NCBI GenBank assembly: GCA_037141135.1
Contig: JBAXDB010000002.1
Location: forward strand, 1-56,800
DNA from: a bacterium
Lineage (GTDB): Bacteria; Verrucomicrobiota; Kiritimatiellia; CAIKKV01; CAITUY01
Reading direction: 5' to 3'
Length of the DNA: 56,800 nucleotides
Shown: positions 10,056-20,629 of the stretch, piece by piece
Layout of the letters: each line of letters starts with the position of its first letter
Position numbering within the stretch: position 1 is the stretch's first letter
Notes under the pieces: model-generated
The model's input: the letters and a program-made list of their open reading frames with translations, nothing else
Database searches by the model: none
What the model was told of the DNA's origin: nothing
Position numbers and translations under genes: made by a program

Positions 10056-10712
10056 TTATCGGCCATACCCCCGTGTTGTTCTCACTGGCGGCAATAATGA
10101 TTCCTCAGCCTTCACAGGAGCCTTGCTGATGTTCCGCTTCTGTTTCGGGAGCATGCCGTCGGATTGGAGTTTGGCCACCAGGTCCCTTGCCAGCGCTGGC
10201 ATATCTTCCGCCTTGATGAAGGCCCCGGCCGGATCCAGGTCGATGGAGCCACGCCAGGCCAGTTCCCGTTGGCTCCGGTCAGCGTAATGCTTGAACACCC
10301 CGGCCTCAAATTTGCGTTTGTAGCTCCGGCCCTTAGTATCCACTGTTCCATCGCCCGGCTCCACCACCAGGACCAGATCCGGATTGAACTCCCTGATCTG
10401 GGCGGCATAGCGGGCCTTGTCGGCCTGCAGAGCCAGGGGGGTTCGGCTCTGGATCAGAAAAGGTGACCCACTGCGCTTGAGCTCAAAATCCATAGCCTTC
10501 TCAAACGCGGCCGCCCAGGTTTCGTCCACCGAGGCCAGTTGCGACACCACGATCAGGGGTTGTCCTGCCGTGGCATGTCCGGTCTCCCCTTTTGAAATCA
10601 ATTGGATTCCCGTGGACACACAACCGGTGGCCAGGACCGCCAGTCCAGCCGCCATCAATCCTCCCCTCCAAGACAGGGCATGTTTCGACATACTTCCTCC
10701 ACAGTGGCGCAC
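10056..10712 (-). CDS. Lipoprotein, function unknown
   Basis: 218 aa. Signal peptide plus lipobox LAVLATGC. It is the last gene of the TonB-system operon. Confidence 0.55.
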   Translation of the reverse strand: MRHCGGSMSKHALSWRGGLMAAGLAVLATGCVSTGIQLISKGETGHATAGQPLIVVSQLASVDETWAAAFEKAMDFELKRSGSPFLIQSRTPLALQADKARYAAQIREFNPDLVLVVEPGDGTVDTKGRSYKRKFEAGVFKHYADRSQRELAWRGSIDLDPAGAFIKAEDMPALARDLVAKLQSDGMLPKQKRNISKAPVKAEESLLPPVRTTRGYGR

Positions 10713-10720
10713 GCGGCACC

Positions 10721-11620
10721 TTAAAATACGTAGTTTACACTTGCCATAACCGCATGATGATTCTCAATGAACAGCGCATCGCTGTTGTCCGGGAACACCA
10801 CGATCCCCGTGTCCGTGGAATCAAACGAGTAGAGCCATTCGCGCATATAATCGACCGAGACCCAAACCCGTTTGGTGATGGATACGTCCACCCCGAATGA
10901 CGCCCGGCCACCGTAGGCCAGCGAGTACTGGTCACTGTAGGTTTCAGAGATCACACCATCGACCCAGTTCGTGTCCATGCCGCTGCGGGCGGTTCCTGAA
11001 GCCTCGCCCAGGAAGAAAAGAAGGGAGCCGTGCGCCTGAAACAAAGGCGTTTCAAATGGCCGCCAGCTACCCGTGTAGCCGCCTTCCAGCATCAGCCAGT
11101 TCATATTGCCCCCGCCTTCCACCATCGTGGAGCGTTCCGTGATCGTGTCGTCCTTCTGCATGCCCAGATACCGGAACCCTATAATGGTCCCATACTCGGC
11201 CTGGTTGTTGCGGCCCGTGATCAGCGACCAGGTCACTTCAAAGTCACGGGAAACAGTGTCAATTTCCTGTTTGGCATCGGGCTTGGAAAACATGTATTTA
11301 AAGTCCGACTTGACGAAGGATACATCGAGCGTCCCATCGCCGCGGCCAACCTTCATCTGCAAGCCCGAGCCGTTGCCGGAGGTACTGCCGTTTTCCCAGT
11401 CTTCCCCGCCCTTGGACGTTGTGGGACCGCGCTGCTGCAGGGCATCGTGCTCGTAGAGCCAGTTTTTATATAATACTCCGGCTGAGATGCGCCAGGGGGT
11501 CGCCACCTCCTGTGCCACATCCCCCAACTCACTGTTTGCATCCAACTTCGTTTTCTCCTGTGCCGCGCACAGACTGACACTGCCTGCCACCATCATTGTC
11601 ATCCAGATCACCTTATTCAT
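10721..11620 (-). CDS. Outer-membrane beta-barrel protein, function unknown
   Basis: The track ORF is 10721..11665. I prefer the start MNKVIWMTMMVAGSVSLCAAQ (complement of 11618-11620), which is preceded by AGGAG at 5-nt spacing. The sequence shows an alternating amphipathic pattern and ends in ...SVNYVF, a terminal aromatic typical of OM barrels. Confidence 0.6.
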   Translation of the reverse strand: MNKVIWMTMMVAGSVSLCAAQEKTKLDANSELGDVAQEVATPWRISAGVLYKNWLYEHDALQQRGPTTSKGGEDWENGSTSGNGSGLQMKVGRGDGTLDVSFVKSDFKYMFSKPDAKQEIDTVSRDFEVTWSLITGRNNQAEYGTIIGFRYLGMQKDDTITERSTMVEGGGNMNWLMLEGGYTGSWRPFETPLFQAHGSLLFFLGEASGTARSGMDTNWVDGVISETYSDQYSLAYGGRASFGVDVSITKRVWVSVDYMREWLYSFDSTDTGIVVFPDNSDALFIENHHAVMASVNYVF

Positions 11621-11689
11621 ACCTACTCCTTTTTTGTTTTTTTTGGTTTTTCCAACGTTTTTCATTCTGAGCCGCCCTTGTGTTTTACG

Positions 11690-12112
11690 TTATTTTTTGT
11701 CTGTGTTAATTCCCACTTTGGCAATTCCGCACTTGCGGACTTCATCCAGCACCGCCACCACATTCTTGAAATTGGCACCAGCATCGGCATTGATAATCAC
11801 CTTGGGATCCTTGCTGGTGGTTTTGTAGTTCTGCAGCCGCATCGGCAATTGCGAGATCGATGTCTTTTCCTTGTTATAAAAAACTTCACCCTTCTCATTG
11901 ACACTCAACGTGACCGATTTCTGCATTTCCTGCTGGTCGCCCAGAGACGCTGCTGACGACGCGCTCGGCAACGCCACTGAAACCCCCTGGTTCTGCGTCA
12001 TCGACAGCGAGACCATGATGAACGTGGCCAGCAAAAAGAAAATAATGTCGATCAACGGGATGATCTCGATTCGCGCTTTTTTCCCTGGTCCACCGCCTCC
12101 ACCGCCATGCAT
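11690..12112 (-). CDS. exbD: Biopolymer transport protein ExbD/TolR
   Basis: 140 aa. ...KKARIEIIPLIDIIFFLLATFIMV... is the typical ExbD N-terminal TM segment with its flanking region. Confidence 0.85.
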   Translation of the reverse strand: MHGGGGGGPGKKARIEIIPLIDIIFFLLATFIMVSLSMTQNQGVSVALPSASSAASLGDQQEMQKSVTLSVNEKGEVFYNKEKTSISQLPMRLQNYKTTSKDPKVIINADAGANFKNVVAVLDEVRKCGIAKVGINTDKK

Positions 12113-12128
12113 ATCCTCATTCTCCTTG

Positions 12129-13571
12129 TTAATTATTATGATGCTGGGCCATGGCCTCCAACGGGCCTGCCGGGCGGTTTACCAGCAGTTCCAACTGAAT
12201 TGCCGCCGCCTCCATTTCCTGCCGGGCTTCTTCCATCCGGGTATTCAACATGTTGAAAGGAATCAGACTGGTAATGGCGACTCCCAGGCCGAAAGCCGTC
12301 GCAATCAAGGCCTCGGAGATACCGCCGGTGATGGCGCCCGGCGCACTGAGTTCGCCACCGATCAGCGAAAAAGAGCCCATCATGCCGGTCACCGTACCCA
12401 ATAATCCCAACAGAGGGGCCAGCGTAATCACGGTATCCAGGATGGGAATCCCGCGGCGGTAACGCCGCATCTCGCGCGACTGGGAATACAGCAACGCATT
12501 GGAAATGGATTTCTCCCGGTGTTCCAGCGCATACGCCAGCGCCCGCAGCACAAAGAATTTCGACTTGCCCCCAACCAGCAACGCTCGTTCAAAATTTCCC
12601 TCCGTGACGGCCTCAAGAAACTGTTGCACCGCCCGGGGATTACGGCGGCTTTGTTCGAGTGTCAGGAAGATGAGCCGCTCCACGACCGTCAGGAGCGACA
12701 GGCCGGCCGCCACCAGCAGGGGCCACATGATCGGGCCGCCCTTCTGAAATATGCTGATAATGTCAAATTTCTGGACCATCGCCTTCAGTGCGCCACCCCG
12801 TGAGGGATCCAGCGGCAGGGTCCCCTGGCCGGTCTTGACCAATTCTCCCAGCCCCGCCTGCATTTCATTTTCCATAGGACGTACCAGCGGTTTGGCAGAA
12901 CCGGGTTGCGGAATCACCAGTCCCACCAGCGAACCATTCTTCGAACCGAACATGACTGAGGGGCCCACCACCAGGAACTGGCCTTCCTCCACCGTCCCAT
13001 CCGGACCCACCGCCACGCCGCCAAAGCGCATGCCGCCAATCGCCTCGGCCAGCCGGGCGCTGGTCAGATCCACCACGGCCACCCGCCGGTCGAAAATTTC
13101 ATCCGGCGTCAGGGTCGGGTTGCCGGGCGCCTGTTTCGCGGCTTCCAGGGTCGTAGCCAGCGCCTGCATTTCGCTGACCGAAGACTTCGTTTCACAAACC
13201 CGGATATACTCGTCCAACAGGTTGGCAATGTAGGCCAGCTCATCCTCGCGGGCCTTTTGTTCCGCCTTCAGCGCCGCCATGCCCATGGCTCCCGCATCGG
13301 CGAGACGCTGGGCCTGGTCCAGCTTTTTCCGGCCCTGGATCAACTGGTCTTCCCACTTCGCCAATTCCTCGGCCAGCGGCACTTTTTCCGAGGCGACCTC
13401 GGCGCGCAACTCATTAAGTTCCGTCGTGGCCCGCTCCAGTTCCGTCTGGGCCGACTGGGAGAGTCCGCCCATTACCGCTCCCGCCGGAGCCGGCGGAGCC
13501 GCTTCCGGAGCAGGTTGCGCCGCCGTCGCCGTCCATGCCATCAATACCATTGCTGTCAGGATTCTTTTCAT
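12129..13571 (-). CDS. Long MotA/TolQ/ExbB-family proton channel protein with a large N-terminal periplasmic domain (TtpC-like)
   Basis: The track ORF is 12129..13679. I prefer Met37 (MKRILTAMVLMAW, a signal-like sequence), which forms an ATGA overlap with the upstream stop at 13568-13571. The C-terminal part ...ITLAPLLGLLGTVTGMMGSFSLIGG...GGISEALIATAFGLGVAI... is the MotA_ExbB signature. Confidence 0.85.
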   Translation of the reverse strand: MKRILTAMVLMAWTATAAQPAPEAAPPAPAGAVMGGLSQSAQTELERATTELNELRAEVASEKVPLAEELAKWEDQLIQGRKKLDQAQRLADAGAMGMAALKAEQKAREDELAYIANLLDEYIRVCETKSSVSEMQALATTLEAAKQAPGNPTLTPDEIFDRRVAVVDLTSARLAEAIGGMRFGGVAVGPDGTVEEGQFLVVGPSVMFGSKNGSLVGLVIPQPGSAKPLVRPMENEMQAGLGELVKTGQGTLPLDPSRGGALKAMVQKFDIISIFQKGGPIMWPLLVAAGLSLLTVVERLIFLTLEQSRRNPRAVQQFLEAVTEGNFERALLVGGKSKFFVLRALAYALEHREKSISNALLYSQSREMRRYRRGIPILDTVITLAPLLGLLGTVTGMMGSFSLIGGELSAPGAITGGISEALIATAFGLGVAITSLIPFNMLNTRMEEARQEMEAAAIQLELLVNRPAGPLEAMAQHHNN

Positions 13572-14359
13572 TGGAGCACCACCGGTAGGCCGACGAAGGC
13601 GGGCGGGCGCTTGCCTTCCTGAATTTCGATAGCCTTCTGCACATCCCGCGCGATCCCGTCCGATGCTTCCCAGGTCCAACCGTTGGTGGAGGGCCGCCCG
13701 ATCCCCGCCTGGCCTGCGGCGCTCAGGTAGTAGGCCTGGCCCAGCCCGACATACAGCACCCGGACCTCAGCGGGTTTCCCGCCCACCAGATTGCGCACTT
13801 CAAATACCACGGGAATCTCGGTGTTGGCCTTGATGGCCTCACTGAGGATACCTAAAACATTTTGGAACCGTTCGGCGGCAGAGACCCTGGTCGTGGCGGC
13901 ATCGGCAGGGATACGCTCGTACAGGGGTTTGAGTTTCGCCTGGATAGGATCCGGCAGGGTCGGAAACACTTTACGGATCTGGCCTTCCATCCGGGTCACT
14001 GCCACCGCCAGCCGTTCCACGGACCGCTTGAGCTTCGCGTTTTCGGCCTCCATCGTCTCGCGCTGTTTGGCGACGATCGCCGAAGCCGCCTCCGCCTGCT
14101 TGATTTTCTCCTCAATGGTGGCGGCTTCCTTGCGCGCCAGATCCAATCGCGAGGCCAACGTTTCCTTGCCCTGCTGCCAATCCTTGCGTTCCCGGGCAAT
14201 GACCTGCTGGGTCTCGATCCATTTGTCGAGAACCATCCGGGTCTCGGCCAATGTTGCGCCCCCGGCGGGTTCCGTGGCGCCGGATGCGGCCCCGCCGGCA
14301 CCCGTCACTCCGACTGCGCCACACAGGGCAGCCAATGTTAAAAGTGTCCATGCTTTCAT
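13568..14359 (-). CDS. Secreted coiled-coil protein, DUF3450-like TonB-system accessory protein
   Basis: 263 aa. It has a signal peptide and a long heptad-rich region. Its position directly upstream of a long MotA/ExbB paralog matches the arrangement known for TonB2/Ttp-type clusters. The family assignment rests on context only. Confidence 0.5.
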   Translation of the reverse strand: MKAWTLLTLAALCGAVGVTGAGGAASGATEPAGGATLAETRMVLDKWIETQQVIARERKDWQQGKETLASRLDLARKEAATIEEKIKQAEAASAIVAKQRETMEAENAKLKRSVERLAVAVTRMEGQIRKVFPTLPDPIQAKLKPLYERIPADAATTRVSAAERFQNVLGILSEAIKANTEIPVVFEVRNLVGGKPAEVRVLYVGLGQAYYLSAAGQAGIGRPSTNGWTWEASDGIARDVQKAIEIQEGKRPPAFVGLPVVLQ

Positions 14360-15750
14360 CGTTTGCTCCTTGCCACACGTTCAATTTGTTCAAGATACCG
14401 GGCAATTTCTTCGCGCGGTTTCACTTCCTGGACCCGTCGCAACAGGGGCACCGCATCACTGAAACGGCCCAGGCTGACCAGCAATTGCGCCTGCCGGGTG
14501 CGGGCCTGCACCTCGAATTCAGGGACTTCCGCGGCGCGCTCGTAATTCAGGATGGCGCGTTCGGGCTCACCTTTGCGTCCATAGTACTGGGCCATCAGGA
14601 TCAAGGCGTCCCCATCCAGCGGGTTTAACTTCAGCGTCTCCTCCAGGGCCTTGACCAGTTCCACGCCCTCCTCCCCCTGCGCCATGGCGATGCGAGCCCC
14701 CAGTTTGGCCAGTTGGGCGCGGTCGGCGGGCTCCAGGGTTTTCTCCCGCAAGGCGCGCAACCGGGCATTGACGGATCGCGCCTGAGAGAAGGCGCCCTTG
14801 GCGGACAACTGCTGGGCGGCGCGGATCACGCGGGAGGCCGGCAACGGGGGCTCCGCCGACAAGGCCAGGCAGTAGGCCTGCGCCGCCAGGTCCGGCAGGT
14901 CCTCACCCAGATAGAGATCCCCGAGCAACATCAGGTTTTCGGGCGTGGCCTTGCGCAACCGGTCAAGACATTCCAGATTGACGGCGGCCTTCAGAGGCTT
15001 TTTCAGACCCAGGAAGGCATTGGCCTGCAACAGCCAGAATTCCGGTTTTTCAGGGTAGCGCTGGATCAACACGTCCAGCAGGGCGACGGCATCCTCGAAC
15101 TTCTGCTGCTTGAAAACGCAACGGGTCAGCCCCAGACGCCATTCGGTGTTGTCCGGCTGGAGCAGCAAGGCATTGCGGAAGGCCGCCTCGGCGGCCAGAA
15201 AGTCTTCCTTGGCCGCATAGGCGAAGGCCAGCAGACCGTAGGAATAGGCATCGCCGCCGCCAAGTTCGATCATGCGGGTAAAGCTGGCAATGGCTTCGTC
15301 AAACTTGCCGTCCCTCACATGAATGATGCCCAGGTTGCGATGCGCCCGGCGGAAGGAGGGGAATTTTTCAACCGCGCGGCGATACTTCCTCAACGCCTTA
15401 TCCATCTGATCCTGCTGGAAATAGATACTCCCCAGATTGAAGTCCAGCATCGCCGAGGAATCCGGCTTCGCTTCGCGCTCGAGCATCTGGCCCGCCTTGC
15501 GCAAATCGGTTCCCATCAGCGGCCGGACACGCTCCAGAATCGCCACTTCCTCCGGCGTGACCCGCGGTTCGAGTTCCGCCGAAATCCCATAACTTCCGAC
15601 GAATTGCTTCTGGAACGTGGGATCCTTCCACAACGCCGTCAGGGCGGCGGTGGAGGACGGCGCATTGGTTTCCGCCCATGCCCCCGCACTCACGATCCAA
15701 AGACCGAGCGCGATTCCCGTCATGATATTGTGTTTTAAGGTTGGCATCAT
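14356..15750 (-). CDS. Tetratricopeptide-repeat (TPR) protein, periplasmic
   Basis: 464 aa. It has a signal peptide and multiple 34-aa A/L/Y/G-patterned repeats. ATGA-type overlap at 14356-14359. Confidence 0.8.
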   Translation of the reverse strand: MMPTLKHNIMTGIALGLWIVSAGAWAETNAPSSTAALTALWKDPTFQKQFVGSYGISAELEPRVTPEEVAILERVRPLMGTDLRKAGQMLEREAKPDSSAMLDFNLGSIYFQQDQMDKALRKYRRAVEKFPSFRRAHRNLGIIHVRDGKFDEAIASFTRMIELGGGDAYSYGLLAFAYAAKEDFLAAEAAFRNALLLQPDNTEWRLGLTRCVFKQQKFEDAVALLDVLIQRYPEKPEFWLLQANAFLGLKKPLKAAVNLECLDRLRKATPENLMLLGDLYLGEDLPDLAAQAYCLALSAEPPLPASRVIRAAQQLSAKGAFSQARSVNARLRALREKTLEPADRAQLAKLGARIAMAQGEEGVELVKALEETLKLNPLDGDALILMAQYYGRKGEPERAILNYERAAEVPEFEVQARTRQAQLLVSLGRFSDAVPLLRRVQEVKPREEIARYLEQIERVARSKR

Positions 15751-16455
15751 TTACCCCGCCTGAAATCGTATTGGAACCCGCATGAGACACTTCACCCTGA
15801 CGCCGCCCTTGACCGCCGGCTCAAATTTCCACTGGCGCACCGCCGCCAGGGCGGGCGCACCGAACGCCGGGTGGGAGGCGCGTTCCACGCGGGCATTCGC
15901 CACATGCCCGGTCGCCGTGACGATGAATACCACCTGGACATTGCCGCCCAATTTTTTTCCTTTTAATTCAGAAGGAAAGACGGGCGGGGTCTGCACAATC
16001 GGCCGCGGCTTCTGGTCGATGTCGTCCATGCCAAAGGCGCTATCCGTGTTGTCGCCGCCTTTGCCCGAGCCGGCTTTACCCGTGCCGCCGATGCGGCCGC
16101 CCGAGGCCAGGGAAACCGACGACCCGAATTCCCCGCCGCCCGCGCCGGGATCCAACGCCGACATGATGGAACTTAGGCTCGCGGCATCCAGCGCGGGGGT
16201 GCTGTCGGACTGTTGCGGGGTAACCGTCTCACTGATTTCAGACGGCTGGTCCTTCGGGGGCTGGACTTCCTCCGGCGGCTTATCCGGCGGGGGTTGATCC
16301 ACTTTCTTTTCCTCTTTCTTCAAGTCCTCGGAGAGCAGTTCCACGGTCTTGATATGAACGTTCTTTTTGCTCTGAGGCATAAGCAAACCTCCGAAGAGCA
16401 GGATGCCGACTATTGTGGCGATCCCCAAAATCAGTCCCATAACACGCCCTAACAT
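15751..16455 (-). CDS. tonB: TonB-family energy transducer
   Basis: 234 aa. It has an N-terminal TM segment, a Pro/Lys/Glu-rich spacer (PPPDKPPEEVQPPKDQP) and a C-terminal TonB_C-like domain (PPVFPSELKGKKLGGNVQVVFIV...AALAAVRQWKFEP). Confidence 0.8.
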   Translation of the reverse strand: MLGRVMGLILGIATIVGILLFGGLLMPQSKKNVHIKTVELLSEDLKKEEKKVDQPPPDKPPEEVQPPKDQPSEISETVTPQQSDSTPALDAASLSSIMSALDPGAGGGEFGSSVSLASGGRIGGTGKAGSGKGGDNTDSAFGMDDIDQKPRPIVQTPPVFPSELKGKKLGGNVQVVFIVTATGHVANARVERASHPAFGAPALAAVRQWKFEPAVKGGVRVKCLMRVPIRFQAG

Positions 16456-17369
16456 GAAACACCTCCCGTAACGGGATGGGCGTCAAACCTGGTCGCAAGC
16501 AACGTCATCATAGCGCTGGCGGCCTCGTCGATTTCCTGCGTGGCCGCCTCCAGGCTCTGGTTCATCAGGTTGAACGGAATCAGGCTGGTGATGGCAATGC
16601 CCAGGCCGAAGGCCGTGGCAATCAGGGCCTCGGCGATGCCGCCGGTGATGGCGCCCGGCGCGCCCAGATCGCCGCCGATCAGTGAAAATGAGGCCATCAT
16701 GCCCGTCACGGTCCCGAGCAGGCCAAGCAGCGGGGCCAGCGTAATGACCGTATCCAGAATCGCGATGCCCCGGCGGTACCGGTGCAGTTCCCGTTCCTTG
16801 GCGTATTGCACCGCGCCCTCGAGGGCGGCGTTGCGATGCTCCAGCGCATAGCCAATCACCCTCACTACAAAATGTCGGCTGCGCCGGCTCATCTGGATCG
16901 CCTGCTCGATGTGTCCCTCGCCGAGGGCCTTCATTAATTTTTTTTGTTCCGCCGTTTTCCGGCGGAAGTGCTCCAGCAGAAAGAAACCGGCGCGCTCCAA
17001 TACGGTGGCAATGGCAAGGAACGCGGCGCAGAGCAGCGGCCACATGATTGGCCCCCCTTTTTTGAAGACGTGAAACAGGTTACCCCGCTCCACCACATCA
17101 AGGAAGGCCCCGGCCATCCCGCCCATCGAAGAGCCGGAATCATCCTGCTCCTCGCCGGTCCACATGCGTGCCAGGCGTTTCGCCCAAGGCTGTTTGGCCA
17201 GCGTGTCCAGCCAGGTCGGGACAGCTTCAGCGGCGACGACCGCCGGCGGGGGAACCGCGCCGGTTTCCACGGCTTGGGCGGCAAGAGGAACCCACAGCGC
17301 CATGGTCAGCGTCAAAAGACCGCATCTTATTCGTGTTCTGTTGCCAGTCATGTTCATGAAAATCACCAA
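16449..17369 (-). CDS. exbB: MotA/TolQ/ExbB proton channel protein
   Basis: 306 aa. ...ITLAPLLGLLGTVTGMMASFSLIGG...GGIAEALIATAFGLGIAI... is nearly identical to the channel core of the 12129..13571 paralog. The start is uncertain (alternative MNMTGN). Confidence 0.85.
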   Translation of the reverse strand: MVIFMNMTGNRTRIRCGLLTLTMALWVPLAAQAVETGAVPPPAVVAAEAVPTWLDTLAKQPWAKRLARMWTGEEQDDSGSSMGGMAGAFLDVVERGNLFHVFKKGGPIMWPLLCAAFLAIATVLERAGFFLLEHFRRKTAEQKKLMKALGEGHIEQAIQMSRRSRHFVVRVIGYALEHRNAALEGAVQYAKERELHRYRRGIAILDTVITLAPLLGLLGTVTGMMASFSLIGGDLGAPGAITGGIAEALIATAFGLGIAITSLIPFNLMNQSLEAATQEIDEAASAMMTLLATRFDAHPVTGGVSC

Positions 17370-20300
17370 GTGCCGGAAATACTGAACGTGTAACGAATCC
17401 CCTCACGGTAACTCCGTTTGGGGATCTCCTTTCCGTCGGGCAGGCGGTACACCTCCCGGACCTCCTGATCCAGGAGATTTTGAGCGCCCACCGTGACACT
17501 GACCGTTTTATTGAGTTTCTGAGTCAGCCCGAAATTCACCATGGACGCCTTTTTCGTATAGACATCGGGAATGGCGGCGCTCGCCACGGCGGCGCCGGTC
17601 TTAAGCATGTCGCCACGGATATTGTAGAACCAATTCAGGGAGGTTCCCCATTTCTCAATGTCATAACCCAGATTGAAGTTGAATAGAAAAGCCGGCTGGC
17701 CTTCCATGTCGCGCGTGGCGCCTTTCGCAGCGCCCAGATCATTCATATTGAAGAAACTGAAGGCAAAGCCCTTTACAAACTGGTCAAAGGGCGACACGTA
17801 TTGTTCAGCCGTGTCCCGCTCTTCGGGGTAGAGGTTGTAGGCTTTGAGCTGGTTTGCATAGTCAGCAGGCAACACCACCAATGATCTCATTTTCGTGTAG
17901 TTGGCACCCACATGCAAAGCCTCGAACGGGCCAGGGAGGAAATCCAGGTCTTTCCGGGCCTCGTATTCCATTCCTGAAACCTGACCCTCGGGATAATTGA
18001 CCGCCACGACGTAGGGATCGCCAAAATAGTTGAAGGAGACCTTCTCGATCGGATCGGAAATCTTTTTGTAAAACCAACTCACTGCCCACACCTCGCCGGG
18101 TTTCCTAAACCACTCCCAGCGCACATCATCGTTCTCAATATGCGAGACCACGAGGTTTTGATTGCCAAAAAAGTTTTCATTGTCAATGGGATCCACGGAC
18201 AGCACCGAGGCCGTTTCGCGGAAGGTGGGTCGCGCAATCGTCTGCGACCAGTTTACCCGCAGATTCATTTTCGGCGCCAGTTCGTAAACCAACCCCATCG
18301 ACCGCAGCCAGTCCGCCTCCTGCAGATGGGTCTGGGCCTGATCCCGCGTGACTTGTTGTATGAGATAGGCGCCTGCATTATTAGTCAGGGTATAATACGG
18401 AGCGGTTCCAGGCATGACGGCTTCAAAGGAAGAGTACGGGTTGACCGAAATGTCGGTAACTTCAAGCCTGGCACCACAAAGCGCCTTGAGCCGCGAGGTC
18501 AAAGGATAATCCAGCATCCAATAGCCCGAGGGGATATCCTGAGCCCCCTCATAACTCATGTTGTTCTGGAGTTGCGGCTTGATATACCAGCGCATTTCAT
18601 TTTGATAAGGACCCCCACCGATGTTGTCAGGGTTCGAGAATGAATCCGTCCATAATGCGCCTGGATCCGCCGCCGTCGTCTTAAAGGACGCGGCGTTGAC
18701 ATCATGGTTGTACCAGTCCACCGCATTCGAATTTGAACTGTCTGACGGGGGCTTCTGCTGGTATTGCGACACATTGACATAGGTAAAGGCTGACTGGGAG
18801 AACGTCCGTTTAGTCATATCCTTGACGAACCCGAGTTTGAAGTTTCCTTCCGACTCATGGGTCCGGAACGGAAAGGCCAGATTCATCCCCTCCTGCGTGT
18901 TATCCTCTTCAATATCGCGCCAGATCCGGGAGGCATTGAAAACCGCCTGGGCGCTGGTTGGTTGCTCCACGATATAATTCCAGGAATTTGAATCCGGGTG
19001 GGATACCAGTTCCCGGAACCGCCGCGTGTCCGGATCATACTGCCGCACCTTGTTCTGGGCCGCGAACAAGTCCACATCAAAGGCCTCGAATTTCCGCTGC
19101 CAGGTAAACTGCCGCGTATCCGTTGAACGTTCCGTGTACTGTATGCCTTGAAGCCGGTCGGATTGGCCGCTGTCCCCCAACTGGTAGGGAAACCTAACAT
19201 CATTGCGGATGGAGGCCCGGTCGGTGGCTGTCTGCGTGCGAAGCCAGGTGAAGCCAAATGACTGCTCATCCCCTTTTGCCAACCCCACCGAGAGCAGCAT
19301 GCTGTCCTTGATTTCCTGGATACCCGTCTGGCGGCGGTACTGGGCGCTATCGGCGGTCTCGATTCCGGGCGGATCCAACGCATACGTTCTTTCGTCCACA
19401 TCCTGTACCGAGAATTTATTGCCATAGGTGAAAGCGCCAATACCACCAAGAGTCCAATCGCCGCCCACATTTTTGCGACTTCCGCTGCTCAGGGAATACC
19501 CGTAGTTGCCATCAGGCACCTGGGTGGACTTGGTTCCCATGGCCGGCGACAGGGAGCGGGTGATCTTGTCATACTCCGCAAAGACCGGATCCTGCGGATG
19601 GTCAGCATCAACCAACTGGTCGTGCCGGGAATAGTTTCCGGGCAAGCTGCCTGAAGCAATACTGCCCGCGAGCGTCGGATTGTTAACCATCGAAGCCAAC
19701 TCCGCCGGCATGGCCCGCGATCCCTGATCGCGGCCCCACTGACTGCAGCCACCCCCCTCATAGGTCACAAAACCATCTTTCCCGGTATTCTGACCATTGA
19801 TTTCACGGGACATCGAGAATTTTGCAAACGGTTTTTCCGGGATCGAGATGGTGCGAATGTTGACGCCACCCCCGCTATAATCACCTGGCAAATCCGGGGT
19901 AAAGGTTTTGGACACCGTCATGCTCTCGATCGTTCCTGAAGGAAAGATATCCAACTGCACGGCTCGCTTCTTCGGATCCGAACTGGGGACCCGCATGCCG
20001 TTCAGCGCCACGCCCACATACCGGTCACTCATGCCGCGGACGGTCGCATATTTGCCGTCCACCACCGAGGCCCCCACCACTAATTTCAACGCACTGGCAG
20101 CATCCCCCGCCCCAGCCCGGCTCATCATGTCCTTGCTGACGGAATCCTGGAACGACAGTGTGCTTCTGCGCAAGTTCAGGAGCCCTGACTCACTGGCCGT
20201 ATCTGTCAGTTCCAAATCACGCACCATCAATTCCTCCATATCCGTGAATTCGCCTTTTAACTCAATCGCCAGATCCGCCAGCGTTCCGCCCCCCACGATC

Positions 20301-20629
20301 ACGGATGGCTCAACACGGCGTTCATAACCCGGCTTGGAAACCGTGACGGTGTAGGTTCCCGGAGGCACTCCCTCAAACAGAAAATGCCCGTCTTCAGTCG
20401 TGGTTTGCTTCAGGTTCAATTCGACCAACTGAACGACTGCCTGAGCGGCCGGTCCGCCGAACTCAGCGTCCGACACCGAACCTCGAAGCCCCCCAAATGG
20501 CACCTGCCCCCAGGCCGGCGCCCCCAAGGCAAGTTCAAGCACCAGGATGGCCCTGACCAGCCACCCTCTATGGCTGTGCGGCATCGAATGTCCCTGCCAG
20601 GCGCTCGAGCTTCTTTTGGATATCTCCAT
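17363..20629 (-). CDS. TonB-dependent outer-membrane receptor with N-terminal carboxypeptidase-regulatory-like domain
   Basis: 1088 aa. It has a signal peptide, then GLRGSVSD...TTEDGHFLFEGVPPGTYTVTVSKPGY (CarboxypepD_reg-like), a plug region and a long barrel ending ...FSISGTW. The alternative start at Met16 (position 20584) shortens the overlap with the upstream gene. Confidence 0.85.
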   Translation of the reverse strand: MEISKRSSSAWQGHSMPHSHRGWLVRAILVLELALGAPAWGQVPFGGLRGSVSDAEFGGPAAQAVVQLVELNLKQTTTEDGHFLFEGVPPGTYTVTVSKPGYERRVEPSVIVGGGTLADLAIELKGEFTDMEELMVRDLELTDTASESGLLNLRRSTLSFQDSVSKDMMSRAGAGDAASALKLVVGASVVDGKYATVRGMSDRYVGVALNGMRVPSSDPKKRAVQLDIFPSGTIESMTVSKTFTPDLPGDYSGGGVNIRTISIPEKPFAKFSMSREINGQNTGKDGFVTYEGGGCSQWGRDQGSRAMPAELASMVNNPTLAGSIASGSLPGNYSRHDQLVDADHPQDPVFAEYDKITRSLSPAMGTKSTQVPDGNYGYSLSSGSRKNVGGDWTLGGIGAFTYGNKFSVQDVDERTYALDPPGIETADSAQYRRQTGIQEIKDSMLLSVGLAKGDEQSFGFTWLRTQTATDRASIRNDVRFPYQLGDSGQSDRLQGIQYTERSTDTRQFTWQRKFEAFDVDLFAAQNKVRQYDPDTRRFRELVSHPDSNSWNYIVEQPTSAQAVFNASRIWRDIEEDNTQEGMNLAFPFRTHESEGNFKLGFVKDMTKRTFSQSAFTYVNVSQYQQKPPSDSSNSNAVDWYNHDVNAASFKTTAADPGALWTDSFSNPDNIGGGPYQNEMRWYIKPQLQNNMSYEGAQDIPSGYWMLDYPLTSRLKALCGARLEVTDISVNPYSSFEAVMPGTAPYYTLTNNAGAYLIQQVTRDQAQTHLQEADWLRSMGLVYELAPKMNLRVNWSQTIARPTFRETASVLSVDPIDNENFFGNQNLVVSHIENDDVRWEWFRKPGEVWAVSWFYKKISDPIEKVSFNYFGDPYVVAVNYPEGQVSGMEYEARKDLDFLPGPFEALHVGANYTKMRSLVVLPADYANQLKAYNLYPEERDTAEQYVSPFDQFVKGFAFSFFNMNDLGAAKGATRDMEGQPAFLFNFNLGYDIEKWGTSLNWFYNIRGDMLKTGAAVASAAIPDVYTKKASMVNFGLTQKLNKTVSVTVGAQNLLDQEVREVYRLPDGKEIPKRSYREGIRYTFSISGTW